The translations under genes were made by a program, and so were the position numbers. This document shows, piece after piece, positions 30,626-42,505 of a stretch of 64,000 nucleotides of DNA; the first letter of the stretch is position 1; every line of letters starts with the position of its first letter. The notes under the pieces were generated by a model. It was given only the letters and a program-made list of their open reading frames with translations, had not been told where the DNA came from and did no database searches. The DNA lies in the NCBI GenBank assembly GCA_964016885.1, contig OZ024741.1:137578001-137642000 (forward strand), read 5' to 3'. The stretch is from Eledone cirrhosa. Taxonomy: Eukaryota.

Positions 30626-31913
30626 TAATTTAATATATCAACTAACATAAGTGCACAGATGCACGCCCATGCTAGCAAATACACAGGTTATGTCAGTTGG
30701 ATTACGTAACTGTCTTTATCCCATTGCAGAAACTAATTAGTTGGAGTGAAAATTTAAGTAAGTAAAAAATTAAAAAAAAATTTTTTTAAAGAAATATTTT
30801 CTTATTTTACGTCTTTTATATTATTGTTCTGCATTCTCCTGCATTGAACCACCTAGGTACTATGACATAACCTGTGTATTTGCTAGCATGGGCGTGCATC
30901 TGTGCACTTATGTTAGTTGATATATTAAATTATCTATATTTATCTCCAAATCACTGATTTGTCGAGCAAACTTGCCAAAACCACTTCTAAAAAAACTTTT
31001 TTTTGGGGTGTTAGTAGGCGTCAGTCATCTTACCATCCCATTCCTTCTAACTAGCCTCTGTGTCACGTGATTGATTCTTTAGAATCGGCCATTTGACTTG
31101 AAGGAGTGAGAATTTCGGTACATAGAATCCAGTCCTCGCAAGCTGTTCGATCTACTGAATTATTATTATTTTTATATGAGCCGCCAGTGTCCGCGCATTG
31201 CCTGGAGACTTAACTGAGAATAGACTCCCTGATGACGCAATGAATTCTCGACAGTTGGATTACGTAACTGTCTTTATCCCATTGCAGAAACTAATTAGTT
31301 GGAGTGAAAATTTAAGTAAGTAAAAAATTTTAAAAAAATATTTTCTTATTTTACGTCTTTTATATTATTGTTCTGCATTCTCCTGCATTGAACCACCTAG
31401 GTACTATGACATAACCTGTGTATTTGCTAGCATGGGCGTGCATCTGTGCACTTATGTTAGTTGATATATTAAATTATCTATATTTATCTCCAAATCACTG
31501 ATTTGTCGAGCAAACTTGCCAAAACCACTTCTAAAAAAACTTTTTTTGGGGGTGTTAGTAGGCGTCAGTCATCTTACCATCCCATTCCTTCTAACTAGCC
31601 TCTGTGTCACGTGATTGATTCTTTAGAATCGGCCATTTGACTTGAAGCAGTGAGAATTTCGGTACATAGAATCCAGTCCTCGCAAGCTGTTCGATCTACT
31701 GAATTATTATTATTTTTATATGAGCCGCCAGTGTCCGCGCATTGCCTGGAGACTTAACTGAGAATAGACTCCCTGATGACGCAATGAATTCTCGACAGTT
31801 GGATTACGTAACTGTCTTTATCCCATTGCAGAAACTTATTAGTTGGAGTGAAAATTTAAGTAAGTAAAAAATTAAAAAAAAATTTTTTTTTAAAAATATT
31901 TTCTTATTTTACG

Positions 31914-31920
<7 letters not shown>
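30621..31920 (+). repeat. 544-bp tandem HHR-bearing repeat (~2.3 units) with a 5' inverted segment
   Basis: Period 544 (31229 vs 31773). 30621-30694 is the reverse complement of 30862-30936. (TA)n on both sides. Confidence 0.9.
31224..31305 (+). ncRNA. Type I hammerhead ribozyme with extended stem II (second copy at 31768-31849)
   Basis: ACTCC-CTGATGA-C-GCAATG..GACAGTT..AACTGTC..CATTGC-A-GAAAC-TAATTA-GTT^GGAGT. Confidence 0.8.
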
Positions 31921-31956
<36 letters not shown>

Positions 31957-32489
31957 AACCAAGGATATTATTCAAATACCAAGATGGAATTTGAATAATA
32001 ACATTGGTTTTTCTATTCTATTAATTATTCATGTTCTGCGTATTTCACTGTCTTCCTCTACCAGTATTGTAACCCATCGGAGTACACATTTAACTTGGAT
32101 TCCTGCATGTTGTGGACTTTAATGACATTTTGAGCTTGACGTACCTTTACCAAAATAATAGTGGTTTATTTCACTCTCATCATCTTTCCATATATAGAAC
32201 GATAGTCTTCCGTTAAAATACGGGAGGAAGCCAAAACGAAAATAGGGTACCGATTTCCGGACATGTGTCTTATCGAACTCGAAAGGTTGAAAGGCGAAGT
32301 TGATCTTGTTGGGATTTGAACGAATTGGATAAAGCCGGAACAATTACCAGTTCCTTATTAATCTGACGCACTTCGATGTTTTGGTATAAACCTAGATACA
32401 ATATGACTAAATGTGTGTAATGACCGTTATATAAATTATTTATATATAATAAACATGAATTTAGTGCAGCCGATGGTGATGGGACCTTT

Positions 32490-32863
32490 GTCTGTCATCC
32501 GATATTGTTATCATTGGTAGAACGTCTGCGTTGTCTGACATCCCATATTGTTATCATTGGTAGAACGTCTGTGTTCTCCGACATCCCATAATGTTATCAT
32601 TGGTATAACGTCTGTGTTCTCCGACATCCCATATTGTTATCATTGGTAGAACGTCTGTGTTGTCTGACATCACATATTGTTATCATTGGTAGAACGTCTG
32701 TGTTCTCCGACATCCCATATTGTTATCATTGGTAGAATGTCTGTGTTGTCCGACATCCCATAATGTTATCATTGGTAGAACGTCTGTGTTGTCTGACATC
32801 CGATATTGTTATCATTGGTTGAACGTCTGTGTTGTCTGACATCCGATATTGTTATCATTAGTA
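32490..32863. repeat. 43-bp minisatellite, ~8.6 copies
   Basis: Unit GACATCCCATATTGTTATCATTGGTAGAACGTCTGTGTTGTCT. CATCC recurs at 32496, 32539, 32582 and onward. Confidence 0.95.
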
Positions 32864-34036
32864 GCATAGAGGTGTGTTCTCTCACGATGCGGATAGTCAA
32901 TAATTCAACTATTATTTGCAGTGTAGCTGTTATGGTATAGCTAAATCAAAACATCTGATTGTATTCTATTATAATTAGAGAATCCTCAGAGGAATAAGAA
33001 TTAATTTAGCAGAAATATGATAAATAAAACCTAATTATAATTGTGAAATACAAGGTGTTTTGCCAACAGGTTACAAAGTTAATTAAAAAGATAATGATTT
33101 ATTACTGTGACATCGACTTGAAAGATAGAAGAGTATTTAATTGATTCAACTAGCCACCCGGGACTCTTTATTTCGATTTCAGAAGGATGAAAAGCAAAAC
33201 AATTTCTAAGATGTTTTTGGTTGAGAATTATAGGTCACATGTAGGTTTCGAGAATAAATATTCAGTTCTTGCATTTGAACATCCATTTCATCAATTAACT
33301 CGTAAATAACTCAGTATTTTATAGCCATAACACTATGTGGTATGGTTGGATCTTTGAATTACAGGGAGAAACCATCGGTCGGGCTTCTATACAGTTTCTG
33401 TTACCCAATTCCACTCACAATGCTACTGTTAACACGACGCAATGGTAAAACCTTATGATTACGGAGGAAACTCCTTAACCACTCAGCCACGCCTGCCTCT
33501 AGATGATAAAAAACTATTAACATAAATAAAACGGCATATAACATCAAATTCTTCCCAAATCATTACGCTGATTTAGTTCTATGTTAGTGTTAGAGTTTGT
33601 CCATGCTTACACAAGTTGACAGAAAACTGGGCTTATCATAGTATCTTGAGTACTACGCGAATGAGAGGACAATCACGAAGCCCCTCCCTCTGAACGAGAT
33701 GCCAATGTGCCGTAGGTGTAACCTCCTGATGTTGATGTTGCTACATATTTCCAGTTAAATGAGTAGGAGCAGCATCAAATGAAATGATATTCAGAAGGAC
33801 AACGCCTCATCCGACTTGGAAATCAAACCTATACCCTTATAATCGTGAGGTCAGTAGGCCATGCACATGCGGTTCTATGAATTACAAGGCCATGAGCCTA
33901 CGGTTTTATGAACGACTAGGCCATGCGACTGCTCTTCTATGTTAACCGTATTAAATATCCAATATACGACCGTATAGTATTGTAAATTTTACATTTTATT
34001 TTAATATACTTGTTGCCGTATAACATGACGTAACAT

Positions 34037-34138
34037 CGCCGAGGTTAACTTTGCCTTTCATCCTTACAGGGTCAATAAAAGAACCAGTAATACACTGGAA
34101 TAATTGCTGGTCTTGTGCCAAAAGTAGAAATAATTATT
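34037..34138 (+). mobile_element. 5'-truncated SINE
   Basis: CGCCGAGGTTAACTTTGCCTTTCATCC..GCTGGTCTTGTGCCAAAAGTAGAAATAATT. Confidence 0.75.
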
Positions 34139-34749
34139 TTAATATTGGAAATATTGATGGTAGATTAACTTCATCTATCCAGTGTGCACGAATTCTGTAC
34201 CTGAAAGATACTACAATGTCTTGCTCCAAGCTTACCTTAATGGCAATAGTAAAAATCTCACATCTAAATCTCTATTTAGGACAGCTGCATCTTATTCAAT
34301 CGATTCGAAATGTTATGAAGCCTGCACGTAATTATGAGGAGTATATAATATATGGGAGTAATATTTGGTTACATTAATCGGTTCTTTAACTGTATTAACG
34401 AGACGGAACTTTCAGTATAGCAGTCGCTAGATTTATGTAAGTGGTAGTGGGTAAATGTAGTAAACACTAATAGAAAAGAAAGAAGGCGAAACATGTTATG
34501 AACAGGTACGGTAAAGACAATGTAAGACTTGGAAATCAATTGAACACGTTTGAATAATTTAGTATTATATATAGGCAATGGATTTGGTAAAACATTAAAG
34601 TAAATAGTCTTTATTGATAACGAATATGTTAGTTATATAAACTGTGTGAGCCATTCATTAAATGCATGTTTGGTATGTATATTACACAACCATATAAAAC
34701 GACAAAGGGAGGAAAAATGCATAAGAGGAGCGCTCTTGGTGAAATGTAT

Positions 34750-34789
<40 letters not shown>

Positions 34790-34797
<8 letters not shown>

Positions 34798-35676
34798 CGT
34801 AAAATAAGAAAATATTTTTTAAAAAATTTAAAAAAATTTTTTTTTTACTTACTTACTTAAATTTTCACTCCAACTAATTAGTTTCTGCAATGGGATAAAG
34901 ACAGTTACATAATCCAACTGTCGAGAATTCATTGCGTCATCAGGGAGTCTAAAATTTAAAAATTTTTTAAAAAATATTTTCTTATTTTACGTCTTTTATA
35001 TTATTGTTCTGCACCCTCCTGCATTGAACCACCTAGGTACTATGACATAACCTGTGTATTTGCTGGCATGGACGTGCATCTGTGCGCCTATGTTAGTTGA
35101 TATATTAAATTATCTATATTTATCTCCAAATCACTGATTTGTCGAGCAAACCTGCCAAAACCACTTCAAAATTTTTTTGGGGTGTTAGTAGGCGTCAGTC
35201 ATCTTACCATCCCATTCCTTCTAACTAGCCTCTATGTCACGTGATTGATTCTTTAGAATCGGACATTTGACTGGAAGCAGTGAGAATTTCAGTACATAGA
35301 ATCCAGTCCTCGCCTAGCTGTTCTTTCTACCGAATTATTATTTTTATATGAGCCGCTAGTGTCCGCGCATTGCCTGGAGGCTCAGCTGAGAATAGACTCC
35401 CTGATGACGCAATGAATTCTCGACAGTTGGATTATGTAACTGTCTTTATCCCATTGCAGAAACTAATTAGTTGGAGTGAAAATTTAAGTAAGTAAAAAAA
35501 AAAAAAAAAAATTTTTTTTTAATTTTTTAAAAAATATTTTCTTATTTTACGTCTTTTATATTATTGTTCTGCACCCTCCTGCATTGAACCACCTAGGTAC
35601 TATGACATAACCTGTGTATTTGCTGGCATGGACGTGCATCTGTGCGCCTATGTTAGTTGATATATTAAATTATCTC
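34790..35676 (+). repeat. Second locus of the 544-bp HHR family, with a 5' inverted segment
   Basis: The inverted part 34790-34950 has a full HHR on the minus strand (34867-34948). The forward part has an HHR at 35396-35477. (TA)n on both sides. Confidence 0.88.
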
Positions 35677-36163
35677 TATATATATATATATATATATCTT
35701 TACATTCTTAGGTAGAAGCATTTTCGCCACAAATATTTGTTGAAACATAATCAGTGTATAGTTCCTACCTTCTTGCACTCACAGTTCGACCATATTCTAG
35801 TCTAATGAAAACGATTTAATAAGAACGAAATTTGTTGGCTTAAAACAGTTTCCTACCACTCCATAGTTTAAAAATGTAAAAAAATACTTTCATCACTTTA
35901 GACTTTAAATCTTGCTATTGTTGGCTTCTCAGTATCGGAACATCACTAAAAGGAGTTCGGTTTTAAATTGTGATCATATTCTCAGTTGATTGAATTATGT
36001 GTGTGTTTATAGAGAAAAAGAAGGTGAAAGAATAAACATGTAGATACACATAAAGAAAAGCATGCGAACTCTAAGAAGCTTTGAAACATCTCACTTACAG
36101 AAAACATTGATTTTTTAACAAATACATTTAACTGTTATGATTATCTAACATCGATTTAATATA

Positions 36164-36326
<163 letters not shown>

Positions 36327-36592
36327 GTGATCCCGATTGTCATAGGCGCACTGGGGACTATCTCAAAAAGTTTCCAGGGATGGTTAAAGAAAATTGGCCC
36401 ATTCACGCTTTTTGGAACGCTTCAAAAGGCATGCTTGCTGGGAACAGCAAGAACCCTCCGATACGTCCTGAATATCTGAGGCTGCAGGTAGTGACTTGAT
36501 ATTCATTTCAACAAACTTTCCAGTTAACTAACATCAATGACTGAGATTCAAAGAGTAATAACAATAATAATAATAATAACAATAATAATAAT
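36327..36592 (+). mobile_element. Severely 5'-truncated R4/Dong-like family A copy within (AAT)n
   Basis: Near-identical to 45537-45763. (AAT)n lies upstream at 36277-36326 and as a tail at 36556-36592. Confidence 0.9.
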
Positions 36593-36901
36593 GTTTTCTT
36601 TATTAACCTCAAGGGTTTACATGAAGTAGACATTAAGGACAGTACACGACAATACAGGACGGTACAAATGGGCATTTCTGCGTGTAAAAAAAAACAGAGG
36701 ATGTAATAAAATAACAAAGAAAAATTCCCCAATAGGGGGGAGACTTCCGAGGGACATTTGTGGATAAAGCCCATTAAAAGACCACAGTGACCCTGACCAC
36801 CAGGGCAAGTGCCCTCTTCCAGTTTTCCACCTTTAATTTACACACACATACTCAGAGTAGGCCCATTCACTCGGGGCATACTTGCTTCTCTCACCCATCT
36901 T

Positions 36902-39900
36902 TCAACAAAATGCTGGGAAGAGAGCCACTTCCCTCTCTACCCTGATTTTCCTTTTCAAATGAAATTTGAAAAAGTTAATCAGGGCATCACCGAAGAGGTA
37001 AGTGCTCGTCTTCAGCCCTTTCAAACCTGTCCACCATACTATCTCTTTCGCCATGGCCACCAGACAGATAAAAACTGTCTGCCCTTCCCGGCTAAAGGAA
37101 GAGGGCGGGGAAATCCTCACGATGGACTCAACTGATAGCTGGATCCGTCCTACACGTGACAGCAGGTGTTCGACATAAACCCACAAGTCAGCAATGCTCG
37201 GACACTGGATGAGTGCGTGCAGGACGGTTTCGTCGCCCTGCGCGCATCTCGGACATTCCCGGCTGACGGCACCTCCATGGCTGTAGAGTTTATCTCGAAC
37301 TGGCAAAGCTCCCCGGTAGCACTGCCAGGCCAGGGATTTCTGGAAGTTGTCCATAGGCCCTGGCCCGAAAGTCCTTGCGAAGAGATTGGCTAGTTGATTT
37401 TCGACGACGCCTAGAGTTTCTCCAAGTACGTCGTCGCTCTTCCCCTCCACTAATCGTCTATAGAACGCCAAGGTGGAGTTTCCACCGATCACATTGCCTG
37501 ATTGGTCGAGGGCTGTGAGCGCCTGAAGACATTCCAGACTCCAAGCGCTCCCTCTCGGTCTTCGCTTGACCCAGGACTGCAGCTCCGTCAAGGAGACGAG
37601 CTGGGGAAAGACGTGTCTAGCAAACGGCGACCACACCTGATCACCGTCGAGGAAGAGGTGGAGATGTCGTAGCCTGAGCGCGTGTCTGCGCATCATCAGC
37701 CACGGCATTCCCAGCCCTCCACGTAGCGGGTGTTGACAGCAGATGGACCGCCTGATCATCGGAGCGCGTCCCTTCCACAAAAAGCGAAAGAGCAAATGCT
37801 CCAGCACAGTCAGGCGGGGCTTAGGACAAGATACGATGGTCAGGCGGTAGTAGATGACGGACGCGATGTACGCGTTAGCCACCTCCGCTCGACCTTTCAG
37901 GGATAGCTTCCTCTCCGCCCATTTCTGGGTGAGAGAAGCCACCCTGCTCGTCACCTCGTCCCAGTTTTTGTCCGTCTGGAGGTCCGGACCGAACCAGACC
38001 CCTAGCAATTTAACCGGTCCGTCCGTACAGCGCCCGACGACGCTGTTAGACGGCATGGACCTGCCTCTCCAGGTGCCGAGCTGCAGGCCCACTGACTTTT
38101 CCTGGTTGATCATTGCTCCTGTCACCGCTTCGTATTCTCTTAGTGTAGTGCCGATCGCCTCGATATGTTTGGCGTTCGACACCACTACGGTGACATCGGC
38201 CGCATATGCTGACACGGATCTTCCGCATCCTAGTTCGCGCGGGAAACCCCTCAACGTCTCCAGTTTGTGCAGTAATGGCTCGAGAGTCAATAAGTACAAG
38301 AGGGACGAGAGGGGACATCCTTGGCGGACCGAGCGCATGATGTTGAACGGTTCCGAAAGGTGACCGTTCACTCTCACCACAGAGCAGATGTCGCTGTGCA
38401 TGGCAGCGATCCAGCCTCTGAAGACGGGCCCAAAGCCAGCCGCCCTCAGGACTGCCGCTAGGTAACGATGGTCGACCCTATCGAAAGCTTTCGACTGATC
38501 TAAATTTATCAAAGACCCACCCGTGCCAGGTTCCCTAGCTACCCTCTCTACGATGTATGGCATGAGGTGGATGTTGTCGTGGATGGATCTGTCGAGAATG
38601 GCGCATGTCTGCGCCTCTCCCACCAGACCACCAACGACAAGCGCCAACCTCTTTGCTAGCACCTTGGCCAAAATCTTGAACTCTGTGTTTAGCAGAGTTA
38701 TGGGCCTAAAATTATCTATGTTATCCCCCTTGTTCGGATCCTTTCTCAGCAGCGCCACCGCTCCTCGGCTCATAGAGCTGGGAATTCTCCCGTTCTGTTG
38801 CCAGTTACAGTAGACGTCCGCCAAGAGGCCTCCGAACAAGTCTGGCATTTGTACGTAAAGTTCATAGGGCAGACCATCCAAACCAGGTGATTTACTCCTT
38901 GTGCAGCCAGTCATTGCCTCCCGTACTTTAGCGGCTGTTATCGGCTTTTCGCAACACTCCGCCTCAGTGGCCGAGAGCCGCGGCAGTCCGTCGAGGTAGA
39001 CACTAAAGTCCATCCCTCGATCCGGCCCGCCGCTGCCCTCGAACAGTTGAGCGAAGTGTCGCTGAAAAGCTTCACACATTTGACCGGGATCGAGTAGCAC
39101 ACGCCCGTCGTGGTCCACCAAAGACCGGATCGTGGCTTTGTTGCCACGACGCGCCTCCGCCACTCGGGCCCATTGAACGGCTTTCGTCCCCTCGTGTCTG
39201 AGAGCACGCACCCTAGCTCTGACAACGCAGCCTTCGTGCTTTGCATTGAAGAATTGGTCAAGGGCCAATTTCGCCGCAAGTACATCGGTCGCGATGCCTT
39301 TGCAAAGCGCCTCGTCTAATTTTCTAACTAATTCTCCCTCTGCTCTATTTTTCTCTATTGCTAAAGCCTTACTAAACCTAATGGACTCTATTCTAATTGC
39401 TCTTTTCAGAGCAAACCACCACTTGTTGTTGACGATGGCACCCGTCAACGCCCGCTTAACTAGTTCGCTAATCCGGTCTCTGTAGGCCTTGCGCGCTGGT
39501 AAGGACGCGTTTAGCTTCCAGTAGCCGGGTCCTCGTCTATGAAGCCTATTTAAGTCAAGCACACAGATCACAAATTTGTGGTCTGTGTAGCTGACTATCT
39601 TGAATTGTAGACAGCCTATGCTAGACCTATCTATTTCCCTACAAAATACTCTATCTAGATATGATCTGCATGACCCTATGCGATTTGTCCAAGTCCACAT
39701 TGGTACATTCGGGAAATCCAATCGGTACCTGTCAGACATTTCAAAATGCCTGAGCAGGTTGGTGAGACTCTTGCACCCTCCTCCCCTATCCACTAATCCC
39801 ACACAGTCCCAGCGTGCATCTAAGATCCCGTTCCAGTCGCCCACTAACACTAAAGAGTGGGACGTTCCAAGAAAGGTCTCCAGACGCCGGAAGAAATCAG

Positions 39901-40258
39901 GCCGCCCTGCTCCTGTCGGGGCATAGACGGCCACTAACCTGAAAGATTGCCCGTCTCCGCTGGTCACGTCCAGCACCACCAACTTACCTTCTGGGTCCAG
40001 GAAGATGGCCCGTATGGCAAGATCCCAACCTCTCCGAAAAAGCACAGCAACTCCACCCCCCGATCCCGGACGGCTGGGAGATGCGTACACATCGTAGCCG
40101 CCGAAGATTGGTGCGAAGGCCCGTGCTTTGGAGATTCTGGTCTCGCTGATGGCCACTACATCTATGTTTAGTGACCTGAGGTCGTTGAGCAGGTGGCCAT
40201 GCTTCCATGACGACCCCAAGCCACGCGCATTTATGCTGCCTATTCTGAGTGAGGTCAT
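36902..40258 (-). CDS. Tx1-like ORF2: APE endonuclease, reverse transcriptase and zinc finger (probably inactive)
   Basis: APE motifs SINARGL, AISET, VYAP, GDWN, YLDR, YTDH. RT motifs KSPGLDG, RPITLLN, DQSKAFD, QGCPLS, and AYAAD in place of YADD. Zinc finger CPRC..H..C. Frameshift near the C terminus. Confidence 0.9.
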   Translation of the reverse strand: MTSLRIGSINARGLGSSWKHGHLLNDLRSLNIDVVAISETRISKARAFAPIFGGYDVYASPSRPGSGGGVAVLFRRGWDLAIRAIFLDPEGKLVVLDVTSGDGQSFRLVAVYAPTGAGRPDFFRRLETFLGTSHSLVLVGDWNGILDARWDCVGLVDRGGGCKSLTNLLRHFEMSDRYRLDFPNVPMWTWTNRIGSCRSYLDRVFCREIDRSSIGCLQFKIVSYTDHKFVICVLDLNRLHRRGPGYWKLNASLPARKAYRDRISELVKRALTGAIVNNKWWFALKRAIRIESIRFSKALAIEKNRAEGELVRKLDEALCKGIATDVLAAKLALDQFFNAKHEGCVVRARVRALRHEGTKAVQWARVAEARRGNKATIRSLVDHDGRVLLDPGQMCEAFQRHFAQLFEGSGGPDRGMDFSVYLDGLPRLSATEAECCEKPITAAKVREAMTGCTRSKSPGLDGLPYELYVQMPDLFGGLLADVYCNWQQNGRIPSSMSRGAVALLRKDPNKGDNIDNFRPITLLNTEFKILAKVLAKRLALVVGGLVGEAQTCAILDRSIHDNIHLMPYIVERVAREPGTGGSLINLDQSKAFDRVDHRYLAAVLRAAGFGPVFRGWIAAMHSDICSVVRVNGHLSEPFNIMRSVRQGCPLSSLLYLLTLEPLLHKLETLRGFPRELGCGRSVSAYAADVTVVVSNAKHIEAIGTTLREYEAVTGAMINQEKSVGLQLGTWRGRSMPSNSVVGRCTDGPVKLLGVWFGPDLQTDKNWDEVTSRVASLTQKWAERKLSLKGRAEVANAYIASVIYYRLTIVSCPKPRLTVLEHLLFRFLWKGRAPMIRRSICCQHPLRGGLGMPWLMMRRHALRLRHLHLFLDGDQVWSPFARHVFPQLVSLTELQSWVKRRPRGSAWSLECLQALTALDQSGNVIGGNSTLAFYRRLVEGKSDDVLGETLGVVENQLANLFARTFGPGPMDNFQKSLAWQCYRGALPVRDKLYSHGGAVSRECPRCAQGDETVLHALIQCPSIADLWVYVEHLLSRVGRIQLSVESIVRISPPSSFSREGQTVFICLVAMAKEIVWWTGLKGLKTSTYLFGDALINFFKFHLKRKIRVEREVALFPAFC

Positions 40259-40763
40259 GTTGAAAAGGAGTGGAAAAGATGGGAAAGACCACTTACCTTA
40301 CTTCTCGTAGAGGAAGGACGGTTTTTCCATCCTTTTCACTGCTTGTGGCCTCCTCAGGAAGGATGTCCTTATAAATCCTCCTGGAGAGTGCTTGTCGGAA
40401 GTCTCAGATGTCTTTGGGAAATTTTTGTTTTAGTGACATGTACGTTTTCTGTGTGATGCGAGTGATTTGTATGTGTGGAGGTGGTGTGAATTTTTGGGTT
40501 GTTGTGTAGTCTTTTTCTATGATGCTGCTGTTGTGTTGGATGTAGTGTAATAATTGGTTGTTGTTCAAATTTAATGCTGTGTAGTGTGTATCGTTTTGGT
40601 TGTTTTGTTTCGTTTACGTCTGTTTCGCATTTTGGACTTTTGTGGTGTAGGTGATGGTGGTGTTGGGGTTAATGATGGTGATGGTGTTGGTGTTTGGGGT
40701 GATGGGGTTGGTGATGCTGGTGTGGATGGTGGCATATCTATCCTAACTTTTTTGTTTGTTAAT

Positions 40764-42233
40764 TTATTTGATTCCTTCTGTATTTTGTTTTTGGAGGGGG
40801 AAGGAAGAGAATTTTTTTTTTTTTTTTTTTTTTTTTTTTCCTGATACCGTTTCCCACTCCTCGTCGTCACAATCTGTCTCCACTTGTGATAGGCCGGGGA
40901 GTGGAAAATCCTCCACAGGCGTTAGTTTTGGTTGTGGCGTGGTGGATGGTGTAGGCGCTGGTGCTAGTTCTGAAGCGTTGGGTGGTGGTGGTGTTGGTTT
41001 TGCTGGTGGTGGTGGTGTTGGTTTTGCTACTGTTGCTGGGGTTGTTGCTGTTATAGTTGCTTCTGTTGTTGCTGCTACAGTTGTTGCTGCCATCTCTGTT
41101 ACTGGTGGTGTTGATGGTTGAGTCACTGGGGTGGGTAGGAGAGGTGGCCTCAACCTTTTAGCCTGAGGGAAGAAAGCCCTTAGGTGGGTTCCTTCACCAC
41201 AAACGACACACCTAGGCCTTCTGCCCTCGACAATTACGGTGAGGTGGCTGCCGTCAGTGAGGTCTATTACCTCTGGGATCTCCTCAATGCTTTTTTGGTC
41301 CGCTTGGATCAGGAGCTCCATCCCAGATCCGGACCAGTTCTCCTGTTTTTCTTTTGCTATTGCTATTATCTTTGTGTTGGCTTCGATGCCGGCGAGGACG
41401 GCCGCTATTAGCCAGGGAATTTCGATGGCCGGTGGAACGTGGGTCACCCTGATCTTTACGAGTCTCTGGCCACAATAGCTTGGGACGAGTGTGAAGTCGC
41501 CACTTCTTAATGGGGCCATGGAGTGTTCTCTAGCCTCCTCTGGTGTTTCAAAGAACACGTCCACGGTTCCATACTTCTGCCCACGTCTGATGTGGGTTTT
41601 TCTTGCCCACACATGTCCCAAAGCTTTTTGGATTTGGGACTCGGATGCCCGTTCCACTCGGCGCGATTTTACATTAATTGTTCGATACGACACGGTGCAT
41701 AGGCGCCGATGCTCCGTTTTATTAGGTGGGTGGGTGAGGGGGACCCTGTACCCATCTTTCTTCATCATTTTTTTGGCATTTTCTAATTCCTCCTGAGTTA
41801 CCGTAAATGCTTCGCACTGTTTTGCTACTCTGGCAAAACTCAGGGTGGTTTTTTTAATGTCATTGTTGCTGTTGTTGTTATCGTTATTTTTGTAATTATT
41901 AATTTTAGTTTCAGTTGTGGTGGTGGTGACGTCAGTGCTGTTCGGTGTGGATGAGTCCATTTTGGTTGAAAACATTTCGACATCACGAGTTGATTTATTT
42001 TTTCCTTTTGTTTCTGTTGTCGCGGTGGTGGTGGGGGTGGTGGCTTTAACACCTGCAGTCATTGGTAATAGCGGGAAATGAATGTCTGCCTGAGACAAAT
42101 TTAAAATATTGCTACTGCTTATATTTTTTTTAGTGTTGCCAAACATAGTAACATTTACAATGGTGGTGTCGGTGTGAGGTGTTAATTTGTGAGGAAGGCT
42201 CTCAACTGCTTGGTGCAGAGGTGAATTAGCCAT
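40764..42233 (-). CDS. Tx1-like ORF1 (gag-like nucleic-acid-binding protein)
   Basis: 489 aa upstream of ORF2, with SFARVA, a degenerate zinc knuckle CVVCGEGTHLRAFF and a Pro/Thr-rich tail. The C terminus is uncertain at the poly-A run at ~40811-40840. Confidence 0.75.
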   Translation of the reverse strand: MANSPLHQAVESLPHKLTPHTDTTIVNVTMFGNTKKNISSSNILNLSQADIHFPLLPMTAGVKATTPTTTATTETKGKNKSTRDVEMFSTKMDSSTPNSTDVTTTTTETKINNYKNNDNNNSNNDIKKTTLSFARVAKQCEAFTVTQEELENAKKMMKKDGYRVPLTHPPNKTEHRRLCTVSYRTINVKSRRVERASESQIQKALGHVWARKTHIRRGQKYGTVDVFFETPEEAREHSMAPLRSGDFTLVPSYCGQRLVKIRVTHVPPAIEIPWLIAAVLAGIEANTKIIAIAKEKQENWSGSGMELLIQADQKSIEEIPEVIDLTDGSHLTVIVEGRRPRCVVCGEGTHLRAFFPQAKRLRPPLLPTPVTQPSTPPVTEMAATTVAATTEATITATTPATVAKPTPPPPAKPTPPPPNASELAPAPTPSTTPQPKLTPVEDFPLPGLSQVETDCDDEEWETVSGKKKKKKKKKFSSFPLQKQNTEGIK

Positions 42234-42443
42234 TTTTTTTTCAAAGAAATTTTTTGATAATCATAAAAGTCTAAATTTTGGGCAAAAGGCCCCAATCTTT
42301 TTGGGTGTCCTTTTCGGAAAACAATGTATGTGCGCTTATATATAGTTAACAATAAAAATTTTCCATAAATGGCAATTTTTAACAAACGGAAATAACAAAC
42401 CTTTGCGGAGCTCACGATGATAAGATTTTCTACGTAGGTCGCC

Positions 42444-42505
<62 letters not shown>

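Larger units (their letters stand above)
36593..42443 (-). mobile_element. Apparently full-length Tx1-like (L1 clade) non-LTR retrotransposon inserted in (ATT)n
   Basis: ORF1 plus ORF2. 3' end TTAATAAAGAAAAC followed by (ATT)n. The 5' end abuts (AAT)n at 42444-42503. Confidence 0.9.

Noticed and set aside
32490-32863. Regular 43-bp repeats resembling a CRISPR array
   Set aside because: The units are contiguous with no unique spacers, there are no cas genes, and the context is eukaryotic. This is a minisatellite.
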